A stretch of 64,000 bases of DNA from Sporopachydermia quercuum (Eukaryota), in NCBI GenBank assembly GCA_001599295.1, contig BCGN01000007.1:1167791-1231790 (forward strand), read 5' to 3'. The notes below the pieces were generated by a model that worked only from the letters and a program-made list of their open reading frames with translations, did no database searches and was not told the DNA's origin. Positions 22,645 through 34,663 of this stretch are shown here, piece after piece. The first letter of the stretch is position 1. Each line of letters starts with the position of its first letter. The position numbers and the translations under genes are program-made.

Positions 22645-25366
22645 AGGACATGGCCTATTTACCTGCCTTTAAATGAGGATACTATTTTTAGAACTGATGA
22701 CTGCATGGGAGTAATAAATACTTCTGCTCTTCTCTATTCTCGGATGACTTATTGCATTCATTATATTCATTACATTCACTATATACAACTAGGCTTCTAG
22801 CTTTTCCACCAGCATACATAATATAATTTTATGATCTCCTATCTTATCTTATGTTTAATAATCATGATCGACTTCCTATTCGTAAGTTAATTATCATTAT
22901 ANCTATTAGAGAAATTACATGAGACAAGACAGTAAGAATAAATTAATAAAACTTGTAGGATTAAACCAGCAGACTTCTGAGGGCAGGAACATAATAATCA
23001 TATAGTAGAAANAGATCAAGCGATGATTGTAATAGAGTTGTAATTGCAGGAAGAGCTTTAATAGCTTCAACAACACAGAAACTCCTGGAATCAATTCCTA
23101 GAAGCAATCCCTGTTGACCTGAGTACTGAGCAGCTTTGGCAACGAAACGAGTGAAATCGTGAAACCAGAAACACCAGTGACATGCTCAATAAATGCTTAG
23201 ATGCTCAAATGCTTAAATTTGTACTGATAATATACAAATTTCCTATCTATCACCACCTCCCTGCACGTCTGAGAAAATTATGCGATGGCCATGATACAAG
23301 AAAAGATTANCAATTTTCGACAAAAGTTATGGTTCAATACATCATCTGTATACCTTGAGGACCAATATCTTGATAGACTGAAAGTACTGCTATTGAATTC
23401 GGTCAATGGTTGTGTCCTGAACATCAGGATTTAGCTTTTCAGTTCCAACCATTGTAGCTGCTTTCCTAGCATTTTGAAAGCTTTATCTTCTCTTTCGAAT
23501 GAATGAAAAATGTTCAAATAGTCCTTACTTGATAGGTTCCCGAGGTCATACTTTTTCAATCTCATTTTCAGTAGTCTGTATTAATCTGTACTATGAGTTT
23601 CTCAGTATCACCAAATGGACCAAGGAACTTAGCTGTGAACCAGCTAAGAAGCAGCAGGATTATAGGACTTGTATTCCAGTGAAAGAACAGTTCAGGCTCA
23701 ATTCTGGCTATTCTGATTAAGGATCTATTTTCAAAATCAAAACCACAACAGAAATAGAGATTAAAGGAATTACTTCTAATCATTTCTATCTGAGTTCCAA
23801 TAGAAGGAAGGATTGATAAAAAGAAACTAAACCTTTAAGGATAAAGGATACTCCGATTACTAGTGAGTTCATATTATTTCTCTTATGATGACTATAGTCC
23901 CAATAACTGTTATTGACTGAGACTGTTAATAATAAGTAACAGAATGAACGGAAAAGCAATAAAATCGAGTTCTTTGCAGTTTATGCGAAGTAACTTCAGC
24001 TGCAGTAGCTGCAGAGAGCATTCCAGAAAGTATGTTGCTGGTAAAATCAGTTCCGCTTTTGACAATAGAATCAAGTAAATATTGGTGTTGATTGGGTTCA
24101 TTGGATTGATTGGTGTGATTTGTAGCTGATCTTATCAATATATAAGGAGCTTTATATAACCCTTGATAGTTGTAGTAGTATTACTGGTACTTTGATATTG
24201 CATTGTCCATGCTCTCACTCAAATGATCCGATTCATCATTATGCCTGTTATTACGATTGTTAGAAGCTGAATCGTATTTATAGAAACAGAAGTTTAAAGA
24301 AATATTGATGAAATCATTACTACTGCTGTTGAAATAATCAATTTGATTGTTTAGCTATGATTTCTTAATATTCCTTTGCCTTCTATTTATTGGATCGACC
24401 ACCAAAAGATTGGAAACATTACAGAAAAGATTATCCAATGAAGAAGAGATTGGAGACCTAAAACAAAGGCGGAATAGGAAGGAATACGAATAATTGGGCT
24501 CTTGGAAACATTTCCACCTGATTGAGCAGCAGGATTATCTTGTGAATCGAAAGGGACGATCATATACAGACGGATATATCATTTAACTCCAGATTATTGT
24601 TCTAAAATGGTTAAAGAATCAACGATTGTATATTGAGTATGACTGAGTTTGGTACTTACATTAGTTGGCTTGTTGCTAGGATATCGATGATTTATTGCTG
24701 GGTTACATTATCGATTTGTTGATCTATGTTGATGGAGAGCTATCAATAACATGTATTAACAAGCACTATTAGTATTACCTATTGTTTCAACATTTATTAT
24801 AAATTCCATTGAACTGTAATAGTAATAATACATCGAAAAACAAGTTTTATTTATCTGCTCGGGTGTTTCTTTACTCAGTTGATTAATGCTGATGAAATGA
24901 AATAACACAGCAGAAAAGTAAATAACTGTCATGATGATTAAACAAACAAGTTTGTCTCGGTACAGATTATTCCTTTATTTCCAGTTTGATAGTTAGTATG
25001 ACAATTATGCTCTTTAACTGTTAAGCCATTTGCTCCTGAGTTCCACACTAGGTGAACTATTTGTTCACGATAGTAGGACTTCATATAATACGAGATGCAA
25101 GCGATAAAGTTGAGTATTCACATTCTATTCTCTTGATGTGGACTACGAGTGAAAGTTGGCACAGCGAATGCTATAGCAGAGCGCCCTATTAACCTTTGAT
25201 ACCCATTATAATGCTTGATGATTCCTTCGCCTGATGATGTCATCACTATACTAACAGAACTCTTCTATCCCTATTACATCCAATCAAACAGACTTCATCA
25301 CACTTCAACCATATTAAACATATCATATATCAACAGACACTCAGCAAACCTCTTCTACTCTGACTC

Positions 25367-27340
25367 TTATTTACTGGTAATCGCCAAAGATAGATTCTGA
25401 CGATCATAGAACGTCTCCCACAACTCAATACTCTGTTTCTGACTCTCAATGCTGCTTTCTAAAAACGTTTCTACACAGTTTCTGAAATCTGCAACCTTTT
25501 CAATCTCAAACTTCACATCAAGCTCTTGTTTGATCTTCTTAGAGATATCATCAAATAGTACTTTAGCAGTCAGAACGTTTTTCTCTTCAACTACAATCTC
25601 ATCTTTCAGCATCTGGATTTTATCCTGTTGTGATTTCCCTTGACGTAATACTTTTTCCAAGTTATTTCTTTTCTTTATAAGTTCGCTTTCTTCCTTCTGG
25701 AAGTTCACGTAGTGTTTAACTCTCTGTTGGAATAAATGCCTTATAGATCCAATCATACGAATATATTCTTCAACAGTATTTCCCAACGTTAGCATATCCT
25801 GCATGTTGATACGTTCGTACAGTTCTTTGATTCTCATTTCTGTTTCAGCAAACCCAATAAGCAAATCAGAAAACTGTTTAGAAACCTCCAGCTCCGCTAA
25901 GGCAACGATGGGTTTAGAGAATTCTTCAATGACTGTAGCCAGTTCTTTTCTTTGGTTGCTTACCAGATCTAATCCCTTACTGAGACTTTTCAATTGAGTG
26001 TCCAGAGCGTCAATATAGTTCTTTTTGTTGATAAACCATTCGTCAGTCTCAACGAACTTGCCTGAGAATGAGAAGGCGCCTCCCAAAGAGCTTAGGAACC
26101 CACCGGAAGAGCTGGGCGTCTCTGATTCATTGATTGAGCCATCGTGCTTTGACGCACCACTACCAGTGACTTTTTCTCTCTCTTTAGCGTCTTGAGAGAA
26201 CTTTTCCGATTGCAAGAACATTGCCACATCCTGGTCGTTGCAGAGGACAGGGCTTCTTACTATTCTATTGAGCATTGATTCTAAGGCTAATCGACGAGCC
26301 TCGACAAAGTTCTCATCAAATCTACCGTAGGCTTGTTTTTCTGGTGGAGGGGGGATAATTACGCCAGGGTGGTTGTTTTCTAGCTGGTGATAGATCCACC
26401 GGAAGTCACGGTAACGACGTGTTACTGTTGTATCTGGTTGTTCAAATGTTGCAGAGTCTGTTCTGGTGCGTACAGTATAGACAGTATGGGCAGAAGTTAG
26501 GTCCCCTACTTTGATAGGATCTCCTACCGTGATTTCGAAATGGACTTTAGGTGCTGGTGGCGTAGACGATTCTATGTTTGGGTTTCCACTGCCAGAGGAC
26601 GTGGCTTCTGTATACGGTGCTTTAGAAGGGTAAGCTGAAGAGGCGGTATCACCAGCGGCGCCAGTAGAAACGCCCGTATTGCTGATATCAGATTCTCTAG
26701 CGGCACCAGGAACTGAAGGATCGTCACTAGTAGTATTGTCATTGGTGTTTTCTCTTGAAGAATCAACTAAACTGGCAGTAGAAGCATCAGTGATAGCTGC
26801 CAGATGCGCCAATGGATCGGAGTCTTCGGTAACGTCTTCGAATTCTGCTTGGGTCACAATTTTCTTTAAATGCGACGTTTTCTTGTTTCTTTGAGCTCTG
26901 TAGCTGGCACGGGGTTTCCCAGTCAAAGCTTTAGAGCCTTTGCTAGGAGATGGGTTTGAATGCTTGGCAGCAGCAAACGGTTTTATAGCAGGCTTAGGCT
27001 TAGCTTCGTCTAGTATCGAAAGCTCGGCGTGAGAAGCAGTAGCGGATATTCCTGTTGAACCCGGATGAGTAGACCCGCTGTGTTCCGAACTGGTTGCAAA
27101 AGATGCAATAGGAAACGTTTCCGACCCGTCTTTTTTGCTTGTAAAGCTGTTTGAGTATGGATCGTCGCCTGAGCCCGCAAAGAAAGGAGTCCCTAATTCT
27201 TCGCCAGTAGGTCCAGATATGCTTGTAGCTTTCAGAGATGACGATAGAATGTCTGTACTGTCGGAAGCAAATCCAAACGTGTTGCTTGAAGTTGAGATGG
27301 CATCTCCCCAGTGGCTGCCACTTAGATCGTCATCAGCCAT
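25367..27340 (-). CDS. VPS5: Retromer PX-BAR sorting nexin Vps5
   Basis: PX domain ITVGDPIKVGDLTSAHTVY..RRYRDFRW..HPGVIIPPPPEKQ; BAR C-terminus FLESSIESQKQSIELWETF. Confidence 0.93.
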   Translation of the reverse strand: MADDDLSGSHWGDAISTSSNTFGFASDSTDILSSSLKATSISGPTGEELGTPFFAGSGDDPYSNSFTSKKDGSETFPIASFATSSEHSGSTHPGSTGISATASHAELSILDEAKPKPAIKPFAAAKHSNPSPSKGSKALTGKPRASYRAQRNKKTSHLKKIVTQAEFEDVTEDSDPLAHLAAITDASTASLVDSSRENTNDNTTSDDPSVPGAARESDISNTGVSTGAAGDTASSAYPSKAPYTEATSSGSGNPNIESSTPPAPKVHFEITVGDPIKVGDLTSAHTVYTVRTRTDSATFEQPDTTVTRRYRDFRWIYHQLENNHPGVIIPPPPEKQAYGRFDENFVEARRLALESMLNRIVRSPVLCNDQDVAMFLQSEKFSQDAKEREKVTGSGASKHDGSINESETPSSSGGFLSSLGGAFSFSGKFVETDEWFINKKNYIDALDTQLKSLSKGLDLVSNQRKELATVIEEFSKPIVALAELEVSKQFSDLLIGFAETEMRIKELYERINMQDMLTLGNTVEEYIRMIGSIRHLFQQRVKHYVNFQKEESELIKKRNNLEKVLRQGKSQQDKIQMLKDEIVVEEKNVLTAKVLFDDISKKIKQELDVKFEIEKVADFRNCVETFLESSIESQKQSIELWETFYDRQNLSLAITSK

Positions 27341-28547
27341 TGTGTCTAAGTTATTGGTATGCTGGTGTAGTATGTATAAATCTGAAAAATGTATCCAAAA
27401 AGCCAGAAATCAAATATCTGTACTGCGTTTTAGTGGTTTCACCTGTANCCCGCCGTTTTCTCCTATGAGTTTCTAAGTCGTGCTAGAACTCGATATATTG
27501 AAAGTAATCCTTGTTGCTATACATATACTCGCCGATANGCAAATAACTNGAAACAGTTAGAGGTCTCAGTTGATGAAAACAGTTTGAATCTGCTCAGTTC
27601 ATGCTACCCTTTTGAAATTGTGTTGATGTGCATAAAAACAATGTAGCAGGCCTACAACAGCTGGACTTGAACATACAAATTGGAGTTTTATTGATAGATG
27701 TAAAGAACGGTGGATTAGCACAATATAACTTGGTGATTCGATAATGACAGACCCACAAGCTGGGGTCTTTGGGGCACAATAAGAGAATTCGTTACAAGTA
27801 GGGAAATTTAGGGGCACGTATGGGGTGTTTGGATGTTCCGGTCCCCGAAATAGAGGTTTAATATTACGTAATAAATTACGGAGAAGAAAAGGGGGTGATG
27901 GAAGATCTATGANTATATTCGGAGATGATGGAGGATGAGTGAATTTCGGGAAACGATCGGTAGAGGTAGAGAAGATCCATCGACTTGTAGAAATAAGAGG
28001 ATTCTTCAGGAATTGAGCTGGAAGAAACTTAGAAAAGTTTCANCTCCTAGTAGGTATAACTTTGATACTCATGAATATATCGTTCTATCAGGTTATCAAA
28101 TATTACATCAATGACAATTGAGGAAGCTTCACATGGGTAATAATGCACATTTCTCACCTTTCTGAATATGGTAAAGCAGTCATATGAACCGCAGAATCAA
28201 TACTAATTTATCATTAATTTAACATAAAAACTCATTTATAACAAGATAGACCAAACTAACTCTATAATCGCCTTTTTTGCCTTTCTTTCCTTCGCAGCTA
28301 TTTCGGTTTTTATCATCATCCTTCTAACTTTCTCCTGTACATGAATCTGCATTTCCATTCACTCGCATCAACTCGCAGTATATTGCATATATATTGCATA
28401 TTTTTCCCAACTATATTTCGCTATACTTATTCTCATTTATTATCACCTCAATTGTCTCGGAACTATCAACTATATAAATAGTCAACAACTAAAGCAACCA
28501 CCAGCTAGTAAATCAATACTTCTACACTCGAATAACTTAATATTACA

Positions 28548-30440
28548 ATGGGGAAAACACGAAAACCTGAAATATCTAGTCATGAAACTGCTCCTACCAT
28601 CAGAATCAGCGATGTCGTGTCGTCAACACCAACACCAACACCAAAATCAAAACCATCACTAACACCAGCATCCTCAACATCTTCTACCTCGATAAAAACG
28701 CCCACCAGCTCAACGTTTCTGAAAAGAAACTTTTCCTTACTGCATGTATTTATCAGCTCAACGATATTGAAGATTCTTCTCTTCCCAGCCTATTTCTCAA
28801 CAGATTTCGAAGTCCATCGTAACTGGCTAGCAATCACTCATAACCTGCCTATGAACCAATGGTACACAGAAAATACATCGAAATGGACGTTGGACTATCC
28901 ACCTTTTTTTGCATATTTTGAGTGGTTTTTATCACAGTTTGTTCCAAAGGATGTTATCAATGATGGTGCTTTAGATATACTACCAGAAGGTAAATTCAGT
29001 TGGAAAACTGTTTACTTCCAAAGAACAACAGTAATCATATCAGAACTAATGCTATACTGGTCTCTACAATATTTCATTGACTCGTCTAAAGGAAACACTG
29101 TTAGTAGCACTATTGAGAAAATAAGGAACTTTGCAACTGCTGTCACTATTTACTTAAGTCCTGGTTTTCTGATCATTGATCATATACATTTCCAGTATAA
29201 TGGCTTTCTTTACGGTATACTAATATTTTCAATCACTGCTATGAGAAATGAAAGGTATCTTCTTGGGGGAGCTTTATTTGCTGTTTTGCTTTGCTTTAAG
29301 CACATATATCTTTATTTAGCCCCAGCCTATTTTGCTTTCTTGCTACGGGTTTATTGTTTGAACTGGGAGAACATTGTTAAGGTATTCAAGAGAGATGGTA
29401 AAACTAAGGTACCCAATGCATTTCAGATAATCAACTGGTGGAATTCTATTAAACTTGCTGTAACAATCATAGCTATATTTTCTATTGCATTTGGTCCTTT
29501 TGTTTACTTTGGACAGCTCCAACAAGTCATTTCTCGTCTATTCCCGTTCTCAAGAGGTTTGAATCATGCATATTGGGCTCCAAACATCTGGGCCCAATAC
29601 ACTTTCACTGATAAGGTGTTATCAATGGTTTTACCAAAGTTNCATTTGAATATTTTCCTCAATCCATCAGTCAAACAGGATTTGTTATCATCTGCAGCGG
29701 ATGCAAGTAGAATAGTAACAGAAGGAGTCAATTCTAACAATACTATTGAGTATATAATAGGAGCAGCCTCAGGAACAAGAGGATTAATAGGTGATGTTAA
29801 ATTCTCAGTGCTCCGCGATGTGACTCCAAGTACTTGTTTCCTTTTGACGTTATTTTATCAAATACTAGCGTTGGTACCATTGTTTATCCAGCCGAACTTC
29901 TATAGATTTGTGGCTTCTTTGACCCTATGCGGATTTGCTTCTTTTTTGTTTGGTTGGCACGTTCATGAGAAGGCTATTCTGCTTATAATAATTCCTTATT
30001 CGTTAATAGTGTCTATGGATAAAAGACTGTTGTATTCCACATATGTTCCACTAACAGTTGCAGGTATCATCTCACTGTTTCCTTTGATAATAACCAAACG
30101 CGAAACGCTATTGATTATTNTTTATTCTTTAGTGTGGTTTCTCATATCCTTTGGTTCATTACAGGAGACTGTCAGATCCTCCAGCTCATCATTAAGAAGG
30201 ATATTCTTGCTGGATCGTACTTTTACATTGTATTTACTAGGATTTATACCATTGGTGTTGAACTGGACTCTGTCGTTAGTACAATCTCTTACAACTGGCA
30301 CCAGATTTGCTAAATATGAGTTTTTAGGCCTTATGGTGTTTAGTCTATACTGTTCATTTGGAGTTGTNAGTAGTTGGTTTGGTGTATCCTGGATGTATTT
30401 CTTTGACGAGGACTTATGGGTTGATGCAGCTGATGAATAA
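28548..30440 (+). CDS. ALG8: Dolichyl-P-Glc alpha-1,3-glucosyltransferase Alg8
   Basis: [59 protein letters not shown] and FGWHVHEKA; multiple transmembrane segments. Confidence 0.96.
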   Translation: MGKTRKPEISSHETAPTIRISDVVSSTPTPTPKSKPSLTPASSTSSTSIKTPTSSTFLKRNFSLLHVFISSTILKILLFPAYFSTDFEVHRNWLAITHNLPMNQWYTENTSKWTLDYPPFFAYFEWFLSQFVPKDVINDGALDILPEGKFSWKTVYFQRTTVIISELMLYWSLQYFIDSSKGNTVSSTIEKIRNFATAVTIYLSPGFLIIDHIHFQYNGFLYGILIFSITAMRNERYLLGGALFAVLLCFKHIYLYLAPAYFAFLLRVYCLNWENIVKVFKRDGKTKVPNAFQIINWWNSIKLAVTIIAIFSIAFGPFVYFGQLQQVISRLFPFSRGLNHAYWAPNIWAQYTFTDKVLSMVLPKXHLNIFLNPSVKQDLLSSAADASRIVTEGVNSNNTIEYIIGAASGTRGLIGDVKFSVLRDVTPSTCFLLTLFYQILALVPLFIQPNFYRFVASLTLCGFASFLFGWHVHEKAILLIIIPYSLIVSMDKRLLYSTYVPLTVAGIISLFPLIITKRETLLIIXYSLVWFLISFGSLQETVRSSSSSLRRIFLLDRTFTLYLLGFIPLVLNWTLSLVQSLTTGTRFAKYEFLGLMVFSLYCSFGVXSSWFGVSWMYFFDEDLWVDAADE

Positions 30441-31251
30441 ACAGAGGAGAGGCAGTATATATTATGGCGATAGTATGATAGATGAACTAGATATATAATA
30501 AATGGTTAACAGAAGACAATGACGAAGCACACGTAGATACAATTACTGACAATGGNAATCAATGTAGAAAGCCCAATATATTTGCTGTGGGCTAACAATA
30601 ATTGCAATCAACATAACTAGCACATCTACTCCTATGGAACATAAATAGCGTAATATAGCCAAATGTTTTATTCAATCAAAATATTAACCTTTAATGCAAT
30701 AAACAAACAAATAATGAAACAAGCAGTGTTTCTATGTTGATTAGACACTCAACAAATATTCAGTCTCCCAGCCATATAAACGATGCCATCAGCGAGAATA
30801 TCAACATAAATGCAAAACAGAAACCATCAAAAATTGACAAGAAATGACAAAATCCAAATCAGTACCAAGAATGGATTTATGATAATTAATGCAACATTAA
30901 CCATCATACAGAAGTTCTGACATTAATTCAGCACATTAATTCTTCGAATTATTAATTATTGCCATTCTTATCCTAACATCAACTACCAATAACATAGACA
31001 CACTAGTAAATGAGTTTCATCATATATATATTCAAATTACTTGGTTATTTGCTTTGTTTATAAAGAATAATAATAAAATAAACTAAATTCAAAGAATAAG
31101 TAGAGGGGGATCAATAGGTCCAGATAGTAAGGCCCCAAATATAAAAGATGAAGAATGAAGTTTCTCCTTAGGTCACTTTCATAATCAAACCCTATCAAAT
31201 TCTCAATCCTCAATTCGTTTCGTTTTCTCTATTTCATTCATTCTCTATTCT

Positions 31252-33053
31252 TTAGTTCTTAGGAGGATTATAAAAGATCTTTCTAGTCTTTATTGGGGCC
31301 CACTTCCACTTCTTGACAGCAACACTAAGACCATAGAGAACAGTTAAGACAATCAATACTTTTATACCTGCTCTCTTTCTATCGTCATGTTCTGGTTCAG
31401 CTGCCCAGTTTAAGAATGTGGTAACATCCTTTGCCATTTGAGAAGTAGTAGCAGGTGTGCCATCTTCGTACTCAACTAAACCATCAAATAACACTCTTCC
31501 CATCGCAATTGATCCACCAGGGAAGTAAGGGTTATAGTTGGATCCTGGGGGTAATTGGATACCAGCTGGTGGGTCTTCAGGATAACCAGTTAATAAGGAA
31601 AAGATATAATCACATGCACCATGACGAGCTTTAACGATAAGGGATAAATCTGGTGGGAGAGCACCTTGGTTTGCAGCTCTAGCAGCTTCTTCATTAGGAT
31701 AAGGTCCTGGAATGTAATCAGACAGCTTACCAGGTCTCTTATTGATGTTACCTTCATCATCAGGATCATCGTCATATTCGAATTCTTCGGCCATGGCACG
31801 AACTTCAGCGTTAGTGTGGGAAACACCAACCAAAGTTCTCCAGGCGACTCTGTCTAACGAATGACAAGCAGCACAGACCTCTCGGTAGACTTGATATCCT
31901 CTTCTGATTGATGCATGGTCAAAGGATTCAAGCATACCGTTGTGAGGCCAGTCGTAGCTAGGAGGATGCAATCCGTGTTCAGCAGCTGTCATGGCATCAG
32001 CTCTGTTTTCCATGGCAGTGAGATAGTAGTAGTAAGAGGTTAAACCAGTTAATGCAACACCTGTTCCTACCATCTTTTTGGAGAGCTTTGATGCTTCAGC
32101 GGCATTTTTGGCGCTGGTTGAGAAGGCTCGCTTTGTAATGTTAGTATAATCAAAAAATATAATATTTCATTACTGTTCTTTTAAGCATGAGCAAGGTATT
32201 AGTAGGTAGCGTATATGTAGTGCTGAATGAATGAGAACTGTTGCTGAAAGGGTTTTGTGAATTGATAAAATCCATATACATTGCTGTAAAAGTGTTTTTA
32301 TAATTTTTTGTCTTTGTAGGGTATAGTTATCTGACATAATTACATTCATATTCGGCATAGAGGTATCATAGGTATCCAGGATGTTTATTCAGTCGAATTA
32401 AATCCACCGAAAATGTACCAAATAGAAAAAAGAAATAATGATGCCGTAGAAGAAAACCATAATGCATTTATCGAATTCAGTGATGTTCTCCATATACTAC
32501 ATTTGTTGATGTATCGGTTTGACGCACTAATTAGCACATGGGCAGTATCAATTCTTTAAGTACCTCTGTCATTCTATCATTCTGTCATTCTGTCAAATCT
32601 CGTCCCTGGTTACTTTGAAAGACTTTTTTTTATAATTGATTCAATTATAAACGTAATAAATCATTGAGCATTACAGTTGGATCATTACAATTCACCTTAT
32701 TACATTTCTAAGCCTTCCAATCATCATTTCATCTTTCAAACACTGTAGTAATCATTACTGCCCATAACTGTGTATATCATAAAATATTCTCAACAATTCG
32801 AATTTCCAAAGAACAACGCTTGCTGAAATAATTCCCCTTTGAATGCCATTATATTCTGGCTTGCTCATCGTCCTTGCTGACAGTCAAACACCAATCGTCA
32901 ATACATTTGTCTACCATCCTCAACCACAGACTCATTACCTATCCTTTTTCACAGTTCTACCACACCGCTACTACGCTCCACAATGCACCTTCTTATTGAA
33001 CAACAATTACTTACTGATGAAGCCTTCAAAGCAGAAAAAGTATTCTTGAACAT
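31252..33053 (-). CDS. CYT1: Cytochrome c1; complement(join(31252..32130,33015..33053)), 305 aa
   Basis: Heme motif CAACH, RRGYQVY, PPDLSLI and C-terminal TM. Exon 1 MFKNTFSALKASS ends at GTAAGT (33014); branch TACTAAC 32146-32140; AAG acceptor at 32131. The phase-0 join yields a presequence MFKNTFSALKASSRAFSTSAK. Confidence 0.95.
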
Positions 33054-33273
33054 AATGCCTATTCTATCACTTCACTTAACAAATCCAGTACCAAGCCCAA
33101 AGGAAGAAAGTAAAGCAATCTCGAAATCGATTCTACTCTATGCAATGAATAGAAAGAAAACAAGAATGAAATAATGTAATGTAACAAAGTTGAGTACGAG
33201 GGAAGTGTCGTGGTGTAGATACCATAAACATATAATATATTTCAGTAAATCGAATAAGAAAGAAACAGGTTTG

Positions 33274-33825
33274 ATTGGAATGGAATGAATGAATGAAAGA
33301 TCCAATAGTAAAAGCTTTCGTTTCGTTTCCGAGAATGAAAAATGGAAACAGACGAACCACAGGGTATTGATTGATATAGATAATAAGGAGACTAGGGTGT
33401 TACGAGTGTACTTAACTAAATGGGTAGGGTGTATTAGTTCGGTATGGATGAGAGACTTGGGGTGTTCTAAAGACAGAGGACAAGAAAGGGAATCTCTGGG
33501 GAAAAAAGGATGATGGGGTAGAACGAGGTTACCATAAACTGTTGGGAATTTGAGATAAACTGATAGCACATTTAATTTCTTTACTGGGAATTAAATTAAT
33601 AGAAAAATTGGTTAAAACGCACTTAGAAAGAAAAAATAAAAGGAACCAAATGCAAGGACCAAATGTCTTATAACCCATGGTCTTTGATTCAGTCTTTAGC
33701 TCGAATTGATTATACTAACTCCATCCCATTGGTGAATAAATACATTGTAGAATACCCTGGGTTCCGTACACAAGTTTGTACGAGCACAAACGGCCATTGC
33801 GAACATTTCAGATTCCTCTGATTGG
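33274..33825 (-). promoter_or_regulatory. Cluster of four CCAAT boxes upstream of CYT1 (Hap2/3/4/5-type)
   Basis: ATTGG at 33274, 33607, 33728 and 33821, all in the same orientation. CYT1 is a known HAP-complex target in yeast. Confidence 0.5.
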
Positions 33826-34663
33826 TCCTGTTACTAGGAGTAATCATAGTTGTCAGACCACATGCTAATATCTTTTGAGAACCCCCCAGTGATCACATCA
33901 ACATCACTTTTTCTGAGGTGAAAAAAAGAGGGATATAGAGAGTTATTGCTTACGTAAACACACATTACATCTCTGTCCGCCTCTACATTCATCAATTTCT
34001 GTAGAAAGTATTTAAAGTTTGGAATTTCATTTATTTTGTCCGGTATTGAGGGAGATTTGTCAGGAAAAGTATTAACATGTACGTAGAATATTAGACATTC
34101 CCATCCAAAAAAAAAAATTAAAGTCAGCCACAAATCTAAATGTTTATCACCCTAATTAATTACACTAAGACACTTTTATATTTTGGCGGCAAACAGCAAA
34201 ACTGAAAAGATGGCTATGGAAAGGAGAATCGTACATACGAGTTAACTTCTTATACATATTTTTATGACTTGATATATGCTATTCAGAAGATTTGTATATC
34301 AGTTCTTCGAACTGAAAGTGGGTTTTGTTTTATTCTCAGTATTGTCCTATAAGCAACTCAGATATATATCTTCACTACATGAAAAGTATTTGGATAGTGC
34401 AGCTACTTCATTGACACGTCTTGTATGCAGTAGTTATATGTCATTCAGATGAAATTCACTCTTGATTGTCAATATTAACATATACATTACAAGTCGAAAC
34501 TGCTAATATTTTGACACCACCAATATCACACAGTGAAAAGAATCTAGAAGAAAGATTAGCTATCTTACCAGCATTGACAGAAGGAAGAGATAGTTGGTTT
34601 AGTATAGCTAGTTAGTATTGAAAGAACATGAGTTTGATTTGATTGAATTTCATCGAAAGAAAT

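Noticed and set aside
32498..32526. Micro-exon inside the CYT1 intron (TGCTAATTAG acceptor, GTATAT donor)
   Set aside because: 29 nt would break the frame, and the signals are weak.
24992..34617. Isolated TACTAAC matches (~24992, ~25249, ~33713, ~34611)
   Set aside because: No matching donor or coding exons; several chance hits are expected in AT-rich DNA.
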